Sequence record: MW760841.1
DNA: 64,000 nt
Reading direction: 5' to 3' (one strand)
Shown: in pieces, positions 1 through 5,617 of the stretch
How positions within the stretch are numbered: the stretch's first letter is position 1
How the letters are laid out: every line of letters starts with the position of its first letter
The notes under the pieces: model-generated
The model's input: only the letters and a program-made list of their open reading frames with translations
Told to the model about the DNA's origin: nothing
Database searches by the model: none
Position numbers and translations under genes: made by a program

Positions 1-1
1 T

Positions 2-151
2 CCAGCACATGGGCATTTCCGTATCCCGGTGTGTGTGATGACCCCGCATGAAAATCCGGAACTTGCAGCGGTGGGCGAATTACTTCGTACCGAAGCTCGT
101 ATCCGTAGCCCACACTTCGCTGGGTACCTGAAGACGGATACCAAGAAATAA
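2..151 (+). CDS. 3' end of a hypothetical protein truncated by the window edge
   Basis: Open frame from base 2 (PAHGHFRIPVCV...YLKTDTKK) to TAA at 149-151. Confidence 0.5.
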   Translation, partial: PAHGHFRIPVCVMTPHENPELAAVGELLRTEARIRSPHFAGYLKTDTKK

Positions 152-217
152 TATTTTTTACAGATTGCCATGTTCTTGTGTTCGAAACCCAACTTGCCAA
201 CACCAGGGGAAAAAACC

Positions 218-406
218 ATGACACCAGAACAACGTCGACGTCACGAGGACGAGCAGCGCAGACTGCGTCGCCTCCGTCAACAAAACCAGGGCGGTTCGCT
301 CTCGAGTGTTATCGACCAACACGATGACATGGTCGAAGCGTACACCGCACCATCCAGCCCAAGCAGCTGTGATTCCGGTTCGGATAGCGGCGGTAGCTGC
401 GACTGA
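218..406 (+). CDS. Small hypothetical protein with an Arg/Gln-rich N-terminus and Ser/Asp/Gly/Cys-rich tail
   Basis: ORF track 170..406; ATG 218 follows AGGGGA, so it is the likelier start. Confidence 0.6.
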   Translation: MTPEQRRRHEDEQRRLRRLRQQNQGGSLSSVIDQHDDMVEAYTAPSSPSSCDSGSDSGGSCD

Positions 407-418
407 CCAGGAGGTCTC

Positions 419-925
419 ATGACCACGATTGCTTACGACGGCGAAACGCTGTCGTCCGATAGCCAGGTGACCCAGGCTCAGTATCGCCTGGATGTCAACA
501 CGCCTAAAATCTTCGAACCCGGTGAAACCGAGTCGTGGGTTGTCGAGGGTGTGAACGCTGTAGCGTTTGGTGTCGCTGGCCCACTTGAAGCTCAGCAGGT
601 TGTTCGTAGCGTACTCGCCGGTTTTGGTTCTACCTGCGGCGTTACCACGGCAACGGCTTGGCCGAAGGGCATCTCGATGAGTTTTATTATCATCGACGAG
701 AACGGCGGTGTTTACACCGGTGGTCAGGAACCCGATGCTGAAAGAGGTTGGTTGGCGAAAGTCAAACCACCGATGGCGGTTGGTAGCGGTTGTGAATTCG
801 CACTCGGTGCGATGTTTGCAGGTGCGCCATCGGCTGTCGCGGTGATGTCAGCCATCCGTTACGACGTGAATACTGGTGGTGGTGTTCAAACCATTCAACC
901 ACGCAGAAGTCCAATTACAGATTAA
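419..925 (+). CDS. HslV/proteasome-beta-like Ntn-hydrolase (putative threonine protease)
   Basis: N-terminal MTTIAYDG..SDSQ.T, a Lys near position 30, GSG motif and C-terminal D..TGG; RBS GGAGG. Confidence 0.75.
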   Translation: MTTIAYDGETLSSDSQVTQAQYRLDVNTPKIFEPGETESWVVEGVNAVAFGVAGPLEAQQVVRSVLAGFGSTCGVTTATAWPKGISMSFIIIDENGGVYTGGQEPDAERGWLAKVKPPMAVGSGCEFALGAMFAGAPSAVAVMSAIRYDVNTGGGVQTIQPRRSPITD

Positions 926-973
926 CCTAGTGTTATGCTGAGAGGCGCACGACGGTTTCTCTGAAAGAATTTT

Positions 974-1049
974 GGGGGTATAGTTCAATTGGCAGAATGT
1001 CGGTCTCCAAAACCGAAGGTTCGAGGTTCGAGACCTCGTGCCCCCGCCA
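974..1049 (+). tRNA. tRNA-Trp(CCA)
   Basis: Cloverleaf; acceptor GGGGGTA/TGCCCCC, anticodon loop CTCCAAA, encoded CCA end. Confidence 0.95.
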
Positions 1050-1115
1050 AATTTAGCCAACAGGGACATGATTCACCGCAACGTGACAAGATACGTCAAT
1101 TAGCGGAGAACGACC

Positions 1116-1340
1116 ATGAACTTGTATTTGCTGGAAAGACAGGATGATGTTGACTACGACGAGTTTGATTCCATAATCGTCGCTGCTCCTACGGAGCAAG
1201 CTGCGCGCGCAATTCGTCCCTCGGGAAGTGGCTGGGTACCAGAAGACAAAGTCGATGACGGTGAATTCCTGAGAGTTGTCATGATTGGTACTACAGACCG
1301 AGGAGAAGGCATCGTCCATGAATCTTTCTGTGCAGGCTGA
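1116..1340 (+). CDS. Small acidic hypothetical protein between two tRNAs
   Basis: 74-aa ORF with RBS GGAG and protein-like composition. Confidence 0.7.
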   Translation: MNLYLLERQDDVDYDEFDSIIVAAPTEQAARAIRPSGSGWVPEDKVDDGEFLRVVMIGTTDRGEGIVHESFCAG

Positions 1341-1368
1341 ATAAACGGCGGACTACGGTTCGCCAACT

Positions 1369-1444
1369 GGGGTGATGGTCCGAGTGGTTAGGCGTTGGAT
1401 TGCAAATCCAAATCAGTCCGGTTCAAATCCGGTTCACCCCTCCA
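1369..1444 (+). tRNA. tRNA-Cys(GCA)
   Basis: Acceptor GGGGTGA/TCACCCC, U73, loop TTGCAAA, CCA end. Confidence 0.95.
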
Positions 1445-1456
1445 AACTTTTTAAAA

Positions 1457-1576
1457 CACATCTCGCCCGATGTGACAACTTTACAACAAACCCGTAGAGC
1501 CTTTCGGGGGTGTGGCTAGTAGGAGTGATTGTTCACTCTACGGTCTTTCACTCCTGGGCGCTGGCTCACCCACCTA
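1457..1576 (+). promoter_or_regulatory. Structured, pseudoknot-capable leader upstream of terB
   Basis: Hairpin 1457-1474; crossing 8-bp helices 1492-1499/1536-1543 and 1521-1528/1548-1555. Confidence 0.4.
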
Positions 1577-1591
1577 AAGGAAAATTTGCAA

Positions 1592-2017
1592 ATGTTTAGT
1601 ATCTTCAAAAAACGCGCTAACCGTGCTATGGCCGACATCAAAAAATTCGACAAACGCGATCTGGCAGAAGCCGTTGTTAACGCAGCGTACCTGATTGCCT
1701 ACGCCGATGGCGAACTGGAATCTTCTGAGAAATCCAAAATCGACCAGGTACTGCGTGCTAACCCTGTGCTGTCTAACTTCCAGGGTGAACTGAACCAGAT
1801 CGCGGGCACTATCATCGCCCAGCTGGAAGCAGACATCGATATCGGTCGTCGTGCTGCTCTGCGTCAGATTGCTGATGTGAAAGGCGACCAGCGCGAATGT
1901 GAAGACGTCCTGGACGTTGCAGTGGCTATCGCTCGTGCTGATGGTGAAATCGAACCGGCCGAAGTCAAAATGCTGGAGCAAATCGCCGAAGCTCTTGGCC
2001 TGCGCTACGACGCGTAA
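1592..2017 (+). CDS. terB: TerB-family (tellurite-resistance/stress-response) protein
   Basis: Motifs AYLIAYADGELESSEK and AVAIARADGEIEPAEVKMLEQIAEALGL; ATG 1592 after AAGGA. Confidence 0.85.
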   Translation: MFSIFKKRANRAMADIKKFDKRDLAEAVVNAAYLIAYADGELESSEKSKIDQVLRANPVLSNFQGELNQIAGTIIAQLEADIDIGRRAALRQIADVKGDQRECEDVLDVAVAIARADGEIEPAEVKMLEQIAEALGLRYDA

Positions 2018-2020
2018 TCC

Positions 2021-2200
2021 ATGAAGCTGAAAACCAAGTTATACATCGCGGCCGCACTGATTCTGATGCTGCTTGGCAACTTCATAGGCCGAGCGTTTAC
2101 GTTCATCGCCTATGCAGCTGTAATCAGCTTAGTAGCATACTTCGTGTGGCCACTCATTAAGACCTACGCTGCCAAGGCAAAAGCCAAGGTCAAGTCTTAG
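2021..2200 (+). CDS. 59-aa membrane protein with about two TM segments (absent from the ORF track)
   Basis: Translated by hand: MKLKTKLYIAAALILMLLGNFIGRAFTFIAYAAVISLVAYFVWPLIKTYAAKAKAKVKS*. Confidence 0.75.
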   Translation: MKLKTKLYIAAALILMLLGNFIGRAFTFIAYAAVISLVAYFVWPLIKTYAAKAKAKVKS

Positions 2201-2210
2201 TGAGTTTAGT

Positions 2211-2230
2211 GGGGAGGTCGTTCCCTCCCC
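2211..2230 (+). other. Intergenic GC hairpin (stabiliser or weak terminator)
   Basis: GGGGAGG-TCGTTC-CCTCCCC with no T-run. Confidence 0.4.
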
Positions 2231-2266
2231 ATTGTTCCATTCTCTTAAACAATAACAGGTACAAGC

Positions 2267-3100
2267 ATGAGAAAGGTTCTGATTGGTTTATTCGCTGCGC
2301 TGAGCTTCTCAGCGATGGCAGGGCAGGATGTTGTCATTACCACTGGGCAACAAGGACTGACGTACAACTCAGTCTACGGCACCAACCTGGCAGGGGCGCT
2401 GAATGAGTTCGGCAATACTGCACGCGTTATCCCTTCGAAGGGGTCTTCGGACAACCTCGATAAAGTTTCCAGCGGTGAAGCCCAACTTGGGTTCACGCAA
2501 GCTGATGCCTTCCAGTATTGGCGTCAGCAACATCCGAACGAAGCACAGAAGGTTGACATCGTTGGTCAGCTGGGACGTGAATGCGTTTGGGTAGCCGTCA
2601 AGAAAGGCGGTAAGATTAGCGAAGCCAAAGACCTGACCAACGGCGCGAAGATTGCCGTCGGTGACCCGGACTCTGGTTCCTACGCCAGCTGGCAATACCT
2701 CCAGCTTTTGGTAAAAGAATACTCGAAAGCGGAAACCTACGCGAAGGGTGGCATTCGTTCTCTGTCCAAAGTGGCGACAGGGGAATACGATGCGTTCCTG
2801 TGGGTATCGGCTCCGGGCAAAAGTAATAAATTCCTCGATGCCGTCAATCAAGACAGTTCTGGCTTGGAACTGATTGACATGAGCACTTGGAGCGTTAACG
2901 ACAAACTGCCTAACGGCCAGTCTGTTTACACCAAAGAGAAAGTAGAGACCAACTCTGCGGCATTCTTCGGTGCGAAGGTTGACGTCCCATGCACCACTAC
3001 GCTGGTTGTGGCTAACACAGACGCGGGTGACGACATGCTCGAAACGGTATCGTCTATCCTCCTCAAGAACACTTCTCGTGTGATGGGGACGAAACAATAA
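2267..3100 (+). CDS. TAXI-family TRAP solute-binding protein (secreted)
   Basis: Signal peptide MRKVLIGLFAALSFSAMA; ITTGQQGLTY, SKGSSDNL, LGFTQAD and VGDPDSGS motifs typical of TAXI receptors. Confidence 0.8.
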   Translation: MRKVLIGLFAALSFSAMAGQDVVITTGQQGLTYNSVYGTNLAGALNEFGNTARVIPSKGSSDNLDKVSSGEAQLGFTQADAFQYWRQQHPNEAQKVDIVGQLGRECVWVAVKKGGKISEAKDLTNGAKIAVGDPDSGSYASWQYLQLLVKEYSKAETYAKGGIRSLSKVATGEYDAFLWVSAPGKSNKFLDAVNQDSSGLELIDMSTWSVNDKLPNGQSVYTKEKVETNSAAFFGAKVDVPCTTTLVVANTDAGDDMLETVSSILLKNTSRVMGTKQ

Positions 3101-3868
3101 CTGGCTGAGGGTTGATTCTGACCCACGACCTGTACCAACCTACTTGAACGGGCTGGTATCCCGTTTGATGCGGTAATAGCAGAGACCCAGTGCACACCCG
3201 TAAGTCGCTGGTAGCCGGTTACACAAAGCACTATCCGTTAGGGTAGGTAACTGACCGTACATGAACTTACTCGATGAGAGAGCCCTTATATATGCAAGGA
3301 CTTAGAGAGTTGGTGCGTGGGCTCATTCGTTCCATACGGGACATCTGGGCTTTCGCTCGACATTGGTCACTTGCTCATTACTGGCTTACAGGCGGTGGGA
3401 AGTCCCGTGAGGGTTCCCGATACAGACATCTTCCTGCGTGGAATTATATGTCCTTATCGGACAGGCCAGCACCGGACCGCTAACCCGACCTGCTAACGCC
3501 TGTAATACTACAATCTGATGTCCATTAATGGGATTAAGTTCCCAGTGTGATAGAGCGACTGTGTGTCGCTGGAGATAACCCCCCGTCGTGGACTAGGTTA
3601 TCCCAAAGGTAATGTGAAAGCGGGTGGTGCTTGGAGAGGTTCAGACCGGGGGATACTCTGGCTCAACCGAAGAAGTCCATCACCCGCATTCTCACTTCAA
3701 AAGTCCTTTTACAGATTTATCCCTATATATGCGAAAGATAACAAAGCGAATTCTAACGAATGAGTTTTCTTTGTTATATGTCGGGGAATCTCGTTGTTGC
3801 TGCACAGGGCGTTGCGTTGCGTACGCTTGCCGGTGTGTAGGAGTTGCGAGGTGCCCTGGCACCTATAC
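3101..3868 (+). ncRNA. Candidate large structured non-coding RNA (unassigned)
   Basis: No convincing ORF; nested long-range helices (e.g. 3339-3345/3517-3523, 3386-3394/3497-3505, 3620-3629/3678-3687) and a GTGA tetraloop; strand and ends are inferred. Confidence 0.55.
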
Positions 3869-3950
3869 GGGGGAGTGGCGGAGCGGTCGAACGCGGCAGA
3901 CTGTAAATCTGTTATCCCACACGGTGGTTCAAATCCATCCTCCCCCACCA
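3869..3950 (+). tRNA. tRNA-Tyr(GTA)
   Basis: Acceptor GGGGGAG/CTCCCCC, loop CTGTAAA, CCA; short 10-nt variable region. Confidence 0.9.
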
Positions 3951-3954
3951 CTTT

Positions 3955-4029
3955 AGGGGTATAGCCAAGCGGTAAGGCCCAGGGCTTTGATCCCTGTATG
4001 CCCTGGTTCAAATCCAGGTGCCCCTTCCA
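3955..4029 (+). tRNA. tRNA-Gln(TTG)
   Basis: Loop CTTTGAT, Gln-type D arm, CCA; A1-U72 and U73. Confidence 0.9.
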
Positions 4030-4036
4030 TTACGTT

Positions 4037-4114
4037 GCACCTGTAGCTCAGATTGGTCAGAGCACGAGTTTGAAAAACTCGGGGTCGCTGGTTCGAGACC
4101 AGCTGGGTGCACCA
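4037..4114 (+). tRNA. tRNA-Phe(GAA)
   Basis: Stem CGAGT/ACTCG, loop TTGAAAA, CCA. Confidence 0.92.
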
Positions 4115-4120
4115 TTTTGA

Positions 4121-4197
4121 TGTCTCGTAGCTCAGTTGGTCAGAGCGCGCCCCTGATAAGGGCGAGGTCAGTGGTTCAAATCCACTCGAGACAACCA
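4121..4197 (+). tRNA. tRNA-Ile(GAT)
   Basis: Acceptor TGTCTCG/CGAGACA, loop CTGATAA, CCA. Confidence 0.95.
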
Positions 4198-4203
4198 ATT
4201 TCC

Positions 4204-4290
4204 GCCGGGGCGGTGAAATTGGTAGATACATGGGATTTAAAATCCCCCGGCGTTCGCGTCGTGCGGGTTCGAGTCCCGCCCCCGGCACCA
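4204..4290 (+). tRNA. tRNA-Leu(TAA)
   Basis: Type II cloverleaf, loop TTTAAAA, CCA. Confidence 0.93.
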
Positions 4291-4294
4291 ATTC

Positions 4295-4370
4295 GGTTCT
4301 GTAGCTCAGTCGGTAGAGCACGCCACTCATAATGGCGCGGTCGTTGGTTCGATACCAGCCGGAACCACCA
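4295..4370 (+). tRNA. tRNA with CAT anticodon (elongator Met or Ile2; not initiator)
   Basis: Loop CTCATAA, G1-C72 paired, no triple G-C anticodon stem, CCA. Confidence 0.9.
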
Positions 4371-4494
4371 GTCACGAGAACGTAACCCTGCGGTTTGGTT
4401 AGTCACCTATACTAGCGGTTACGCGATGCCCTTATCTGCGGGGTGTGATATAGTGCGAGGGGTAGACTCTCTCAAGCAAGCAGACGCAAATTCT

Positions 4495-4570
4495 TCTCCC
4501 GTCATCTAGCGGTCCAGGATACCGGCCTTTCACGTCGGGCACACGAGTTCAAATCTCGTCGGGAGAACCA
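4495..4570 (+). tRNA. tRNA-Glu(TTC)
   Basis: Acceptor TCTCCCG/CGGGAGA, loop CTTTCAC, CCA. Confidence 0.93.
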
Positions 4571-4576
4571 AATTAG

Positions 4577-4740
4577 CAGGAGAGCTTTAGGGGTTCGTTT
4601 TCAGACGCCTAGGTTGTGGAACGTTGCATCCCGCGTCAAGCCGGATGTAATTGGGGTTCGACTCCCCACTAGGATGCCCTAAAGGTAGCGCCGTCACAGG
4701 CGAGCAACTAACACGAGGCGTCATTACACGCCTACTCCTG
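4577..4740 (+). ncRNA. Candidate ~165-nt ncRNA with an embedded tRNA-like domain
   Basis: Outer helices 4577-4582/4735-4740 and 4585-4592/4677-4684; perfect T-arm 4652-4668; two extra hairpins. Confidence 0.6.
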
Positions 4741-4749
4741 AATAACTGT

Positions 4750-4826
4750 AGTGCCGTAGTCGAGCTGGTTAAGACGCCTGCCTGTCACGTAGGAGATCGT
4801 GGGTTCAAGTCCCATCGGCACTGCCA
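4750..4826 (+). tRNA. tRNA-Asp(GTC)
   Basis: Acceptor AGTGCCG/CGGCACT, loop CTGTCAC, G73, CCA. Confidence 0.93.
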
Positions 4827-4902
4827 TATTTTCACGGACCTTATCAGCCGCCAACTGATATCATCTTAGAGCGATAAAGCCGGGTGGTGAATGGTGTATT
4901 AC

Positions 4903-4992
4903 GGAGAATTGACTGAGAGGCTGAAGGTGCTCCCCTGCTAAGGGAGTGTATGCGAAAGTGTACCATTGGTTCGAAACCAATATTCTCCGCCA
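4903..4992 (+). tRNA. tRNA-Ser(GCT)
   Basis: Type II, acceptor GGAGAAT/ATTCTCC, loop CTGCTAA, G73, CCA. Confidence 0.95.
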
Positions 4993-5101
4993 AACAATGA
5001 ACGTGGCCTTCCCAACGTAATTGCACATGAGCCCGAGGGCAACACTGTCTTTGCAAGTAAGAATCAGTCCTGCCTTTGATGGCGAGCGTTCACCCTACAA
5101 T

Positions 5102-5167
5102 GGTTTCTCCCGGTCGGTCCGGGGTCGTCCGTAATAGACGAGGTTGGTTCAAATCCAGCAGAAACAA
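5102..5167 (+). ncRNA. Compact tRNA-like cloverleaf with a non-canonical anticodon loop and no CCA
   Basis: GTTTCT/AGAAAC, CCCGG/CCGGG, TCGTC/GACGA, T-arm GTTGG-TTCAAAT-CCAGC. Confidence 0.55.
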
Positions 5168-5267
5168 GAACGATGAAGTTAGAGGCATAAACACCCGACT
5201 CATAATCGGATAGTGGTTTACCCGGCGGGTACTCCTTCGCAGGTTCGAATCCTGCCTTCGTTCGCCC
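5168..5267 (+). tRNA. Atypical tRNA-like gene with CAT loop, 28-nt variable region and no encoded CCA
   Basis: Acceptor GAACGATG/CTTCGTTC (one T.T mismatch), loop CTCATAA, T-arm GCAGG-TTCGAAT-CCTGC, ends GCCC. Confidence 0.55.
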
Positions 5268-5273
5268 TTTTTT

Positions 5274-5349
5274 GATTCCATAGCTCAGTTGGTAGAGCGG
5301 CGTCCCGTTAAGTCGTAGGTCCCAGGTTCGAGCCCTGGTGGAATCGCCA
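5274..5349 (+). tRNA. tRNA-Asn(GTT) with an atypical anticodon arm
   Basis: Acceptor GATTCCA/TGGAATC, G73, CCA; loop CCGTTAA (C33) and a T.T mismatch in the stem. Confidence 0.85.
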
Positions 5350-5617
5350 CATTTTGTATTGCCCTTGTCCCGGAGACATTCCTAAGACAAATCCATCCAT
5401 GGTCGGGGGCAGTACAGAACCAAATTCCGGACATCACACCTTTTGTCGCCACCTGCATGGCTGCCTCCGGGGTGTGATGGCTGGAACCATCTTTACCCGT
5501 TTGTTTTTTTCTTTCAATCAATTAAGCCTGGTGGAAAGGTTGACCAATGGACGGGTAGAGCCCTAGCGGGGGATAAGCCGCTAACAACAATAGAAACAGA
5601 AATAGAAGGAAAGCACC

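Noticed and set aside
1492-1555. Theta/HDV-like ribozyme
   Set aside because: L3 too short, no P1.1 pairs, and it does not abut a tRNA 3' end
3274-3763. Short ORFs (3274..3483, 3563..3763) in the ORF-poor region
   Set aside because: No clear RBS, atypical composition, and they cut across helices; only Ribo-seq could fully exclude them
3101-3868. Assignment as RNase P RNA, group I/II intron, twister ribozyme, SRP or tmRNA
   Set aside because: Only fragments resemble consensus (GGGAAGTCC, GCAGAGAC, GCCGGTTAC); the required partner elements and order were not found by eye
4608-4673. tmRNA gene
   Set aside because: No G3.U70 acceptor, no CCA and no tag reading frame
3624-5566. ORFs on both strands across the tRNA cluster
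   Set aside because: They overlap canonical tRNA genes
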